A DNA stretch of 63,969 bases, filler included, from Piptocephalis cylindrospora (taxonomy: Eukaryota): assembly GCA_003614145.1 (NCBI GenBank). It is 11 parts of 11 records of this genome, joined end to end, with 100 filler letters (N's around TTAATTAATTAA, not from the genome) between each part and the next. Parts side by side here need not be neighbours in the genome. Positions count along the whole stretch, not along the records: positions 35,634 to 41,456 come from KZ988359.1; positions 41,557 to 47,364 come from KZ988360.1; positions 47,465 to 53,265 come from KZ988361.1; 8 more parts are not named here. One strand, given 5' to 3'. Below are positions 35,644 through 48,313 of the stretch, piece after piece; position 1 is the first letter of the stretch, and every line of letters begins with the position of its first letter. The translations under genes and the position numbers were made by a program. The notes under the pieces were generated by a model. That model ran no database searches, had not been told where the DNA came from, and saw nothing but the letters and a program-made list of their open reading frames with translations.

Positions 35644-38600
35644 ATGGGTGGGTCCATGCATCCCTCCCTCCACCAGCTTCCCTCCCTTCACCCTTCCTTC
35701 ATGGGTGCCTTGCCCTCCCCGAACGGATTGGCTTCCGGCATGGTTCAGGGGTCCTCCCATCTTGCCTACTCCATTCCCTCAGCCTTGCCCTTCCCCATCA
35801 TGCAGGCCCCCCCTTCCCCTAATGCCTTCATCCCTATGGTGCCCCCGGAGGATGGATGGTACCGTGCTGCCGGTTCCTGGCAAGCCGTGGCTTCGCCCAG
35901 GAGGTCCAATAGGTATGAGCGGTACCTTCATCAACAGGCTCAGGCCCAAGCTCAGGCTCAGGTTCAGGCCCAGGTTCAGGCTCAGGCTCAGGCCCAGATA
36001 CAAGGACACTCCCTCCATCACCTTGCTCATCCTGCCTCCAACCATGTGTATCCTTCGGCTCAATTGCAACATACCGGAATGCCCACCTCCTCCCTCTCCC
36101 TCTCTCCGCATCCCTCCATCCAGTCCCATCCTCCTCCATCCTACGCGTATGGGAGGAGCGGTGGGATGGGAGAAATCCATTCCTCGAACGCCATTCCTTC
36201 CCAGTCTCTCCCCTCCACCTTCCTCCCCCTGTCCACGGGCCATCATATTTATCGAGAGGGCGGCGTAGAGGAGATGCTTGGTCTCCTGCCCCTCCCCTCC
36301 CTCCCTGGTCAGCCCACCCCCTGGAACCTGGTCGCTGATCCCCTAGGTCTTCCACCTATGGGTCTAACCGAGGTCGATGGGAGTGCAGCGGCCCTGTGGA
36401 GAGGTAAGCTTATCCGGATTTACAAAAGAGAGGTTTAGTAGGGGATGAGGTGAAAGACACATACATGCGCACATCCCCTTCCTCCCCATCAGCTGACTTT
36501 AACCTTTTTTCTCATTTCTGCGTCTCTAGATCAAATTTTGGCGTACGCCCACAAGCTCTACTCTACCAATCCGACGGATGCTACTCTTCCTGGGATTCTC
36601 CAGTCCCTTCATGCACGAGACCCCGATCACATCCCTACTCTCTTACTCCTTGGATGTGTCTACCATGCTCAGGCCGCCCCGGTCCTAGCCCTCCAGTGCA
36701 ATGCGGAGATTCTGCGTCGTGACCCGCAGTATGTAGAGGCCATGTCCAATATAGGTACCACTCTGCGGAACATGGGCAGATCTTCCGAGGCCGAGAACTG
36801 GTGGTATCAGGCCATCCGTCTTCGTCCCCACTACTGGGATGCCGTGGAGAATCTTCTGGGGCTCCTGTGTGGCACCAGGGAGAGGTGGAGTGAGGCCTTG
36901 GCCGTATGTGATCATGTCCTAGGTCAAAAGGCGCCGATGTGGGAAGGGGGAAAGGATTATGCTTCCTCCTCTGCCTCCACTTCCTCCTCCTCTGCTTCCT
37001 CTGCCTCCACCGTCACCTCTTCTGGGCCCACCTCAGGCTCACCAGGTCACATTGCCTCCTCTACCGCTAGCCTTCCCATCTCCAACACATCCTATCCCGT
37101 CCATTATCGCTTCGGTGTAGCCACCCATGTTTCCCGGTGGCTTGGTGTGGCCAATGTGGCTGGGTCCCTACGTACCCAGCTCGGAGATGTGGCCGGGGCA
37201 AGGAGAGAGTATGAAAGGGCCTTACGTGTCGCCTTTGGTGGCACCCTACGCGTTCAGGATACTTGCGGCCCCTTCCTCACTGCTCGCTTAATCACCCTTG
37301 CTAGATTCCCCCAGGAGGAAGCCAAGGGCATGCGCCTCCTCACCCAACCCATGCTCATTGCCCCCGAAGTCACTGCTTTCCTCCCCTCCATCCTCTTCCC
37401 CGAGACCGGTGGTATTCTTCCAGGCCTGGCTGCATCCGGTGATGGTACCGGCGATTCCAATGGGAACAATGCCGCGTCAGGAGACATAGACCCATCCTTT
37501 TCTTCCACCTCCTCAACCCCCGGCCCTTCTACCACCCCCTCGGCCAATTCCACCAAGTCTGCCACTGTCTTGGCTGCCCAACGCTCTGGAACACAACTGG
37601 TTGCGGGCATGCTCCTTGCCTTGGCCAAGTGCTACCAGGAGGCCGGGGATGGGAGCGAGGACCCAGAGGGTCAGGCCGCTGCGAAAGACATGCACCCAGA
37701 CTTGGATGCTGGCCGTCGGAAGGGGAGTGTTGTCACGTGCGCTTGTCCTGCCGGTATCCTCTCCCTCCATTACCTCTCCCTTGCCCTCATGCCCACCGCT
37801 GCTACCTGCAATAATCTTGGTATTCTCCTTGCGGAAACTCCTGTAGCTGGGGCCTATTCTATTACCTTGAATGCCCCATTCACCCTTCCACCAGGTAAAT
37901 GAAGCCCTAACCTTCATCCTTTCTTACTTGAGCATGCAGATGAATAGCGTGTGGGCGGGAATACAGCAAGCACTAATTATCCCCATTTCACCTTTCATCG
38001 GGTATAGGCCCGTTCCCTGGTTTAGGAGTTTTCTTTGGGAGGATCCGCATCTCCAAGGCTGAAGGACTTCCCTCCAATTTAGCGGCTGCCTATTACATCC
38101 ACGGCCTGGGTCTGGATGATCGCCATGCTCATCTCTACACCAATCTAGGCTCCTTGATGAAGGATGCTGGTAGGCTTGATGAAGCCATTCGACTCTATGG
38201 AAAGGCCGTAGAGTGTGCCCCAGGCTTTGACGTAGCCTTGGCCAATCTGGCCAATGCCCTCAAGGACGCCGGGAGGGTGGAGGAGGCGGTGGGTTGGTAC
38301 CGACGTGCCGTCACGGCCAATCCTGGGTTTGGCGAAGCCGTGTGCGGTCTTGTCAGTGCCCTTGGCGCCGTATGTGATTGGAGGGGCCGTGGAGGCGTGA
38401 GTGTTGGATGGTCATTAAATCCTGGATGGCTGGAACGGATGGTATCGGTGGTGGAGCGACAGTTACGGGAGGGAAGGTCATGGGGCCAGGGTTGTGTCCT
38501 AATCGGAGCCGGGGGTGAGGCTCAATCGGGGATGGGAGAGGAGGAGGCCATCCGGGAGGCCCGGGCTTTCCTTGAAGGTTGTATTCGATGCTGGGATGGT

Positions 38601-40937
38601 CCAGAGCGACACTCCAAGACCAGTGGGACACCCTCCCCGCCTGGGGCGAAGGAATGGATTCAACGGGCCTTTGCCTCCCTCATTCATCCTTCCTCCTCCG
38701 CATCAAGGAAGGGGGGGAGGGACAAGGGTACAGCTGGAAAGAGGGGTCTGGATTTAGCTGAAGGTTCCTGGGCCTTAAGACTCTTGGACAAGTGTGTTCG
38801 TCGAGCTCAATGGCATTGGTATCAGGAGAGGAAGCACCAGGGCCCCGGGATGGTACATCGGACCGGGGAAGGGGATCAGCCCTATCAGCAACGTCCTACC
38901 CTTCCTTCGCGCCTCCTAGGTACGGCTCCGCCCGTCCCGACAGTCTTACCTTTCCATACGTTTATGTACCCCCTTAGTGCCCGGCACGTCCGACTCATCT
39001 CTCATCGGAATGCCCTGCGCATCTCCTATTCGGCCCTGGCTGGAGGCTGGTTACCCCCACACATCTACCCTCCTCCCGAGCCACCTGCTCCGCTCATCCG
39101 TGTGGGCTACGTGTCTAGTGATCTGTGCAATCATCCATTGGCCCATCTTATGCAATCGGTCTTTGGGATGCATGTTCGGGGAGGACGGGTGGACATCCGA
39201 TGTTACTCCCTGACCGCGGATGATGGGTCACCCTACCGAGCCAAGATTGTCCGAGAGCTTGGGCAGGACCGGTTCATCGACGTCTCCACCTTCTCCACTC
39301 CAGCCATTATTCGCCGTATCCGGGAGGATAACATTCACATCCTCATCAACCTCAATGGGTATACCAAGGGTGCGAGGAATGATATTTTTGCTGCTAGACC
39401 CGCTCCTATCCTCGCCAGTTACATGGGCTTTGCAGGTACTTTAGCGGCCGGGTGGTGTGATTACTTTATCTCCGATCCTTTGGTGTGTCCCCCCGAGGTA
39501 GTGGGTCCGGAACGGGCCGCACGATTCAAGGATGGGGCAGGGGGAGGAGCCGGGGATCTGGGGGATGATCTGGATCCAGAGGAAGGGGCTGGGGAGGAGG
39601 GAGGGGGGAAGGAGACGATGGGTAAGGGAGAAGGGAGGGGGGATTCCACAGCCGTGGTGATGGCCGAAGGACAGAAATGGATGGAGGGTGGAGGGGATGA
39701 GGAGGTGGATTGGGTGTACACGGAGAGGATGGTGTACATGCCTGATTCGTACTTTTGCTGTGATCACAAACAAGGGTTCCGAGACATGGCCAGCCTCCAT
39801 CCCTCCTTGCTTACGAACGGTTCAGGTGGCGGGACTCATGATCAAGGGACGCTGAAGGAAGGGTCCTGGGATTGGTGGGAGGAGGAGGAAAGGCCCTTTT
39901 GGCGCGATCAGGTTTTCCCTGGTTTGGCCAATGACGTGGTTATCTTGGCCAATTTTAACCAGCTTTACAAGGTAAGCCTACGACTTTCGTGGAGGACAGG
40001 ATAGAGGGCTTCATGTCCTCACTCTTTCTTTTCCCTTTCCTTATAGGTGGACCCGTGCATCTTTCAAGTTTGGTTACGTATCCTTGCCCGAGTGCCCAGG
40101 GCCATTCTGTGGCTCTTGAGATTCCCAGCAGCTGGCGAAGCCAACCTACTTAGGGAGGCCACGCAGATGGCCGGACCCGCCGTAGCCTCCAGAATCGTGT
40201 TTACTGATGTGGCCGCCAAGGCCGTCCACATCCAACGAGGATGTGTAGCTGACCTCTTTCTCGACACCCCCGAATGTAATGGACACACCACGGCAGTGGA
40301 CATCCTTTGGTCTGGGACTCCGGTACTGACATGGCCTCGACATGCGCACAAAATGTGCTCCCGTGTGGCCTGGAGCGTTCTGGGAGCGGCCTTTCCCCAT
40401 CCAGACATGGCTCAGCCTCTGGTAGTCAAGTCGGCAGAAGCCTACGAGGAGCGAGCCGTGTCCCTGGCGAGGAGCGTAGTACGTGCGGCAGTCCGTCGCT
40501 CAAGGCCTCCATTGCCCATTCCGCCTGCTTCCTCGGTGGCCCCATCCAATGCCAGAATTCCTCCGGGCCTACATCGACCCTCCTCCCTTACCCAGGGAGA
40601 GGGAATGAACATGTCCTCCTCGGACTCCATTCCTTCCTCTTCCTCCATGAGCAGGACGATGTCCGGAAAGGAAGAGGAAAGGCTATGGGTGTGGAGGGCC
40701 ACGGCCGGGCAAGAGCTTCCCGAGCTACGACATTCGTTATGGCGGGCCCGGGAATCCTCCCGACTGTTCGATACGGCTAGGTGGGTGCGGTCTTTGGAGC
40801 GAGGCTACCAAGCCATGTGGAATCGATGGGAGACGGGTGAAGAATTCCAGCCGGGTATCGGATCCATTTGGCTTGCCCGGGAAGAGGAAGAGATCTCGGG
40901 CGGCTCTGGTCATGCAGGGACGGCGAGCGTGGTGTGA
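35644..40937 (+). CDS. OGT: O-GlcNAc transferase (TPR + GT41), 4 exons, possibly 5'-partial
   Basis: TPR repeats; GYVSSDLCNHPLAHLMQS, INLNGYTKGAR, NFNQLYK, DTPECNGHTT and MCSRVA; introns 36404-36529, 37895-38007 and 39972-40046 keep the frame. Confidence 0.92.
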
Positions 40938-41150
40938 GATGGGGAGACCAAGTGGCTGATCGAGAGTAGTGAGGCGGACGTTTTTTTCCCTCTTTCTACC
41001 GTTGTATACTTGCTTATTGATCGGACGAATCTTATGTGTGTGCTTTAACATGGATGAAGAAGAGGGGAAAATGGGATTGGATCAGGCTGGTTTGAATTCA
41101 CTGACGATTTCCATGATACCAAGGCCTCAAGGAGACGACCAAACCCATGG

Positions 41151-41228
41151 ACGCGTCGGTTGAACATACATTCCCATCCATTCGAGAGAAAAATCTGCGC
41201 CACGGAAATGCCAACGCGTCCAACGCGT
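41151..41228. promoter_or_regulatory. Cluster of three ACGCGT (MCB-like) sites
   Basis: ACGCGT at 41151, 41214 and 41223 in intergenic DNA. Confidence 0.4.
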
Positions 41229-42617
41229 GTTACCTCTCATGACTGACACTTTATCGCGTCGCATAACAGACGACTGATGTAGAGGCAAGCCCTCCTTTTA
41301 ACCGACACGGACGCAACAGGATTCACTCTCCTTCTAGACCACTTACTTTCTACTATCTTCCAGATACCCTAAAGAAGAAGACACCTTTCCATCAGATGAC
41401 TTGATGAATCGCAGGAATCAGTAAAGCGGGGGGTCTGGACCGGGACCCCATTCTCGNNNNNNNNNNNNNNNNNNNNNNNNNNNNNNNNNNNNNNNNNNNN
41501 TTAATTAATTAANNNNNNNNNNNNNNNNNNNNNNNNNNNNNNNNNNNNNNNNNNNNTTCCATCGAAGTGTGGCAGGCAAAGGCGGGCTTGGGATGCGTAA
41601 GTGGCATGAGAATTACCCAGGTTCAAGGTGCCCCATTGAAGCGAGGAGCCTTACGGGCCCGACTGAATCAATTCCTGGCTGGAGGAGGGGGTCGAGAGAG
41701 GAATTCCATCCATTTTAACTCGCAATTGTTCCCTTCCACTGTCTCACCCACTACATCTCCTCAAGCCTCTGGATATGTTTCCCAGGAGGGGGATGGTAGG
41801 GTGAAGGATGGGCCTTGTGCTGGAGAAATTGCCGGAATCGGCCGATTCCCCCTTCCTCCCACTTCTGGATGATGATTATCCTTTTAAAGGATGAAAAGCA
41901 GGTGTTTGCAGGATTTCTTTTTGACTTTCCGACAATCTATTCTTGAACGGGTGCCTAACTTGACGGCCAGTTCTTTTCCATAATTATACATTACTCCCCT
42001 TGGTATGATGATGATGATAGCCCGTTTTAATTCTCCTTTAGCAAGACACCCTGTTTGATTTTTACTTAATCATCCATATTTCTTTGGTGACATCGAGAGG
42101 ATATGGCACATGCACTCTCTTAAACTATACTGTCATGTTCAAATGATCACCTTTCCTGGGATGCCGATGGGCTTTTATCCTAAGAAGTAATGATCCATCA
42201 GTGTATACGGTCATACTGAGAATTTCGTTGTTGATTTCGTTTCGCTTTTTTACCCAGTTTGCCCTTTTTTTTCCCACACCCCTTTTTAGCCTATCCTGGT
42301 TGGTCGCAACACTTGTAGAGCCCCACCACACTACCCCACACACATTTACGCGCGCACACACATACGTACACTAGCGGAGCCTGAGGCACACGCACTTGGC
42401 TTAGCGACCACCCAGGTAATGGGGGGAGGTGAAGGGGGGCAAGCACCGTGGGAAATCAGTCAGAGTAAATTCTCCCACCCTGATTCTCCAAGAGGTCAGC
42501 CTTGTTTTCTCCCCACCGCTGGAACCATCCTTTCCTCCTTTCCCTACCGACCAACACTTCCTTTCTCCAACTTCTACTTTTACCTTCCCCCTTGCACCCA
42601 TCCACCTTTCCTGTGTC

Positions 42618-44047
42618 ATGTCACTCCTTCGGTCTCTCCCTTTGGGGAAACGGGTAATCTCCCATTTCTCCCCTGCCTCTATTAGGGTAAGTACTCCATC
42701 TTTTCTTCCAGGCTCACTCTTTCCCCTACCTCATCCATCTCTCCTTGCCTTTCATAGACCTTTGAGCGTCGGACTATGGCCACGGCACAAACGGAACAGC
42801 CAGACGGTTTAAAGCTGGGTGTAGCTCATTCCAACCTCCTGGCCTCGACTCCGGACCTTGGCCTGTCCAACCAAGAGCTGGCAGGGATGGGTCTTCAAAC
42901 GGAGGAGACGCGTCGCCTAAACATGTGTCAAGCGGTCAATGATGCTATTGGCACGGTGCTGGCCGCGGATGACTCGGCCGTCGTCTTTGGCGAGGATGTA
43001 GCCTTTGGCGGGGTCTTCCGCTGCACCCTGGGGCTCGCCGAATCCTACGGGAAGGAAAGGGTCTTCAACACCCCCTTGACCGAGCAAGGAATTGCTGGGT
43101 TTGGCATTGGTATGGCTGCCATGGGTCATACAGCCATTGCGGAAATCCAATTTGCCGATTACATCTTTCCAGCCTTTGATCAGCTGGTCAATGAAGCCGC
43201 AAAGTACCGGTATCGTTCGGGTGGACAATTTCACTGTGGGGGCCTCACTGTACGAACCCCATGTTCTGCTGTTGGTCACGGAGGTCATTATCATTCTCAG
43301 AGCCCTGAGGGCTATTTGGCTCACACCCCTGGACTGAAGGTAAATAGGCGTGCTGGGTCCAACTTCGGGTAGTCATCGTAATCCCATCTTAACCTCGCAT
43401 ACCCTGCCTGTAGATCGTTACTCCGAGAAGCCCTCTGCAGGCCAAGGGTCTCCTATTGGCCGCTATTCGTGATCGGAACCCCACTATATTCCTTGAGCCC
43501 AAGGTTTTGTATCGTGGGGCCGTGGAGCACGTCCCTATCCCAGACTACGAACTTCCTTTGGGAAAGGCCGAGATCCTCAAGCCTGGTAAGGACTCTTCTT
43601 CCCGTGAGGATGGTCTGATTGGCATGGGATGACTTACTCCTTGCTTATCCATTACACGTTGTCACTATAGGAAAAGATATCACCGTCGTCGGATGGGGAT
43701 CTCAGATTTACGCCCTGGAAAATGCCATTCAACTGGCCGAGAAGCGACTGGGCGGTGTGAGCTGTGAGTTGATCGACCTGCGCACCATTCTTCCCTGGGA
43801 TGTGGAGACTGTGTGTAACTCGGTGAAGAAGACGGGTCGACTGGTCATCGCTCATGAAGCTCCGATGACCGGGGGCTTTGGAGCAGAAATTGCCGCCACC
43901 GTTCAGGAACGGTGCTTTCTCCACCTTGAATCCCCAATCCAAAGAATCACCGGATGGGACACGCCTTTTCCTCTGGTTTTTGAGAAGGTGTATATCCCCG
44001 GTGTGATTAGGTGTTTTGATGGGATTAAGCGGGTTATGGAATATTGA
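42618..44047 (+). CDS. BCKDHB: Branched-chain 2-oxoacid dehydrogenase E1 beta subunit, 4 exons
   Basis: [45 protein letters not shown] and [12 protein letters not shown]; presequence-like first exon. Confidence 0.95.
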
Positions 44048-44195
44048 TTCTGAATTTTGGATGGAAAAGTAGGGATGAGGAGAGAGAGAGAGAGAGAGAG
44101 GATCTTGCATAGAATGAATGATCCTTCCAAACTCATCTCCCTGTCTACATGATTCATCCAAAATACACTGACAGCATAAAGTAATCCCAAACCAA

Positions 44196-46263
44196 CTAGT
44201 GGGCTCTATTATTATTATACGACCTGGATGAAGATGTGCGAAGTAGTCGATTGATCCCTGATCCATGAGATGATTGGAGAGATGGCTTGAGGGATATAGT
44301 CAGGTCATCGGCATAGGCCTTTCCTGCAGCATACCCACAAGCATACATCCGAATGGGGACGGCACATTCAAAGGCTTCGACCCCCACTTCCTCAGGCGCT
44401 CTTCTCTCCACCCATTCTGCTTCCTCCTCTTCCTCCTCATCGTTATTGTCGGCATCATCTTTTAATTTGGCCCCCCATTGCACCAAGGGAGTGACCTCGA
44501 CCTTGGGGGGATTGGGAGGACCAATAAGGAAATCAAAATGCAATTGCCAACCCAGACTTCCGATGGTAGTTTCAAAATCTGCCGAGGCCCAATTGGGGGC
44601 ATGCAGGGAAAAGCCGATCTTTCGACGGGCCTGGCATCTCTGATGATGCTGGGCATGCCGGTCCCGGGTTCGACGCTGCACTTGCCTTGGACTAATTCGG
44701 GAGTAAGAAGGCTCAACCCGTTCCAAACTCTCCAAAGTGATGGTTACATGGTAACAGGCAAACTCGGCGTCAGTGAGGTCTAACACCCCAGATACGGGTT
44801 CTCCAAGGCGATGGTTACTTCGAGGAAGCCTGACCCTACCCACTTTCTTGTCTCCATAGGCCAGGGTGTATGTTGCTTTTTGAATGTATAGGAGAAATAT
44901 GAGTGAGAAATGATGATCTATGACGCAAATCTTACCTTATTACTCTCCACCCATCTTCTTTTTGTTTCGCAGGGACTTACCAGGTCTGCTTCTATAGCAC
45001 CAGGCAGCAGCGTGCAGGAGGGAGGATCCGGCATCGGCGGGGGAGGAAATGAACTCCATGGGAGATTTTGGAGGGCATTCAGCCTTGGCCTCTTCCTCCA
45101 TTCGAACAGCGTCGAGAACCGACCGGAAAAACCGCATCCTCCCTCCGGAAGATTGACCTGCATTGGTGAGGGTCCTACCCTTGGGCAGTGATGTGATTGG
45201 GGAGGGAGGAGGGGGTAGAAGATCCTGGTCCACAATGATAGCTCGATCTTGATGCATGGCATGTGGCTCAAGGAGGTCATGGGCGGGACGAGATCCATCC
45301 GCGGCAACAAGGTTAAAAACCCGGAAAGGAATGTGGAAGATGCAAGGAGGAAGATGAGGGGAGGTGTGCTGAGCCGATAGGACAAGACGATAGGAAAGGT
45401 GCAAGGCCTGACCCCGGTGAGTGGGGGGAAGGGAGTCCGGGAGTTTGATCTCATACTTGAACGTCCTAGACTCTCCGGGTTTCAAGGTCATGTCGCAACC
45501 CAACAGAGATGGGGGTGTACTGAGGATGGGCCAGTTGGTGCCCTGAAGAGCGGAGGGAGAGGGAGAGGGGATGGAGGAAGAGGAAAATGTAGGGGTTGGG
45601 CTCTGGGACGACATGCTCCCTGGGTGAGAAAGCGCACCTCCTCCACTCAATGAGGGCTGCGGGGTCATGGAACGCTGAAAAGGGTTACTTGCGGAAGAGG
45701 GAAGGGAAGATGTGGAGGTGGAGGAGGAGAGGGTGGTGCCCAGACCCGTGGTTTCCTGGTACATGGGGACTGAGGTGATGGACCGTCTCAGGACATCCGT
45801 ATCCAAGATGGTATCATCCACGATGAAAGATCCAACTACCTGTACAAAAACCCAGAGCAGGGTTTCATCCTCTGTTTGGTGCTCTGGAGGAGGATGATGC
45901 AATGATTGAGAGGCTATGCGAGTCTTTGGAGGGGGCGAAACTATCCAGAGAGCGAAGCGATATGTGAGTTCATAAAGAAGTTTTACTGGATATAGCTTGA
46001 CACTCTTCCTTCTCTCCGACATTGCACTTACCATGTCCGGGTGGGGGAGGTGTACTGGGGGAGGGAAAGGGAAGGGAGGCTGACTTGACCAAGTGCCCGT
46101 CGGAGGAGCGGCCCTTGCGCAATGGGACCGAGGAAAGTCTGGTGGTGGAGGTGGAGGCCGAGCTTGGGGAAGCCGGATTGCTTAGAACCAACTGACAGGC
46201 TAAGGTTTCCCCGGCAAAGCAGACCCCGTGTCTCTCGACCTTGGTGTGCAATTCGAGGCCCAT
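44196..46263 (-). CDS. RGP1: Rgp1 (Ric1-Rgp1 Ypt6/Rab6 GEF subunit), multi-exon
   Basis: CFAGETL.C.L, QVVGSF, PILSTPPSLLGCD, LPPTHRG, HRLGEPV and L.WQLHFDF motifs. Confidence 0.85.
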
Positions 46264-46992
46264 AATGGGGGATCGATAAACTGGGAAAGGGGAGAGAATA
46301 AAGAGGACAAAAGAAGGGGTTGAAATGACGGGGGAGGCAAGGTACACAGACCGGATAGCAACAAGGAGAGGGATAACCGCCAAAAGATGCCTGGAAAGCT
46401 GGAGGGCAGGGTAACAAAGCGCAAGAGGATAAGGGAAGAAGGAGTCGCCCTGTGGTCTCGTTACACTCAATTTCGCTTCTGTTCACCTCTTGACACCGAT
46501 CCCCTCTCCATTCCCACCCCCCTTTTTTGCTGGAAGGCTGCTTACCACCGTGTCCACGCGTGCATGTGTGGGCAAGGGGGTGTAGGCTCGTGAGCATGTA
46601 TGCGAGGGATGAGCCGTAATGAGCTTCGTTTCTCGGTGTAATGGCCATTCCATAGATGCAAGGATGATCCTGGGTACCATGAAAAGTGAGTGGTATCGGG
46701 AGATAGATGGAAATGCTAGGCGATGCCCCTTGATTTGGGAAAAATATGATTAACGATTGGTAAATTGATCAGGAAGCCTCTGTGAAAGCATGATAGACCC
46801 CTACAGCTCAGAACATCCCCCAAAGCAAAATTGGGCCCCAAGATGTATGTGTATACGGATATGATATTTCAATGGACATAAACACTGCCAATATCCAGAT
46901 GGACAAAATGCCATACTGCCCATGAAAATGTCATCCTTCTCGAGCTCAAGAGGAAGCTGAGAGGGAGGGAGAGAGAAAGAGAAAGAGGTCGA

Positions 46993-47237
46993 TTACTTCT
47001 TTCCAGAAGCCTCCTTGGCCTCCTGAGCCGCCTTTTGCTTTTCGCGCATCCGGGCAGCGTCAGCTTCACGGCGTTGGAGGAGGGTCATCCCGTCGTCCTT
47101 TCGTCCCTTTTCGCTATCTTGTTGCTTCTTCATGTTCTTTTTTCTGGCCAACTCACGTTGATTTCCGCCTAATAACGAGGGTAGGGGATGAGGGCATGCA
47201 AGGTTGACAGTATTATCCGGGTAAACTTACGGGCCAT
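46993..47237 (-). CDS. SERF: Small EDRK-rich factor (SERF/4F5 family), 2 exons, absent from the ORF track
   Basis: Splicing out 47230-47169 gives [19 protein letters not shown]...[19 protein letters not shown]...GKK*. Confidence 0.92.
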
Positions 47238-48289
47238 GGTATCGTTTTATGTGGGGGTGAGTGGGGGAGGTCCGGGGGGCTTAGGCGTCTTCTCAGAAGT
47301 GACTTCAGGGGGCGCAGAACCGCCGACAGCAGCAAGGACATCACGGCTGAAGCTGGTCTCGGAGNNNNNNNNNNNNNNNNNNNNNNNNNNNNNNNNNNNN
47401 NNNNNNNNTTAATTAATTAANNNNNNNNNNNNNNNNNNNNNNNNNNNNNNNNNNNNNNNNNNNNGTCCACTCTCACTCGCCCCTCCCCCACTCCTGCATC
47501 TGCTCGCACATAGCTTGTGTGGTGGGGGTAGTGGTGGTTGTGAGATGGAAAAAAGGGGGGGGGGGGGGGGGGGGGGGGGAACAAGAGGCACTGATGACTC
47601 TGGAGAGAAGGGGAGAAGGAGGAGCCGGTGGGTAGACCAAGGAAAAGAAAAGGTCGACCGTCTCTCGGGGCGAGGAAAAAGACAAGGGAACAAAAGATTG
47701 GGAAGACGAAGGGGCACCAAAGGGATGGAGGAAAGAAAGGTGTTGCGGAGGAAGAAGAGGGTGGGGGAGTTGGGAGAGGAGAGGTTCAAGTAGAGCTTAA
47801 GGAGAGGGTGGGTTGACGAACCCAGGGAAAGAGGAGTGAGTGGGGTATGGTGGGGTGGTGGGGGAGGAAGGGAGCGAGGAGAGACACAGGGTGGGGATGA
47901 GAGGCTCTGGATAGGCCAAGGGAGAGGGCGGAGTGGGAAAGGGAAGAGGCCTCTAGAGAGTGTTGATGGTGCCGGTTAGCCAAGGAGACTCTAAGCACTA
48001 GTGTTTAAAGGCTCTCTTGTCTCTTGCCCGGTGAACAGCACAATGTGGAAGTGACCCGGGAGGAGGAGGGGGAGAGGGGGGGAGGGGGGCTTTTACTCAC
48101 TGTGTATGTGTATGTGTGAGGGTGTGTGCTTAGAATGGAGGGGGGAAAGGAGAGACCAGGGTTCAGAAGGAGGCGAACAAGGCAGCTGTAAGTGGTCTGC
48201 GTGAGTCCGTAGTGTGGTGCGAGAGGGGAACTAGGCGGCGTGGTGTTCACAATGGAAATGAGGGTAATAAGGGGGCTTTTAAGGGAAGA

Positions 48290-48313
48290 GATAGATAGAT
48301 AGATAGATAGATA
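48290..48313. repeat. (GATA)6 microsatellite
   Basis: Read directly from the sequence. Confidence 0.85.
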
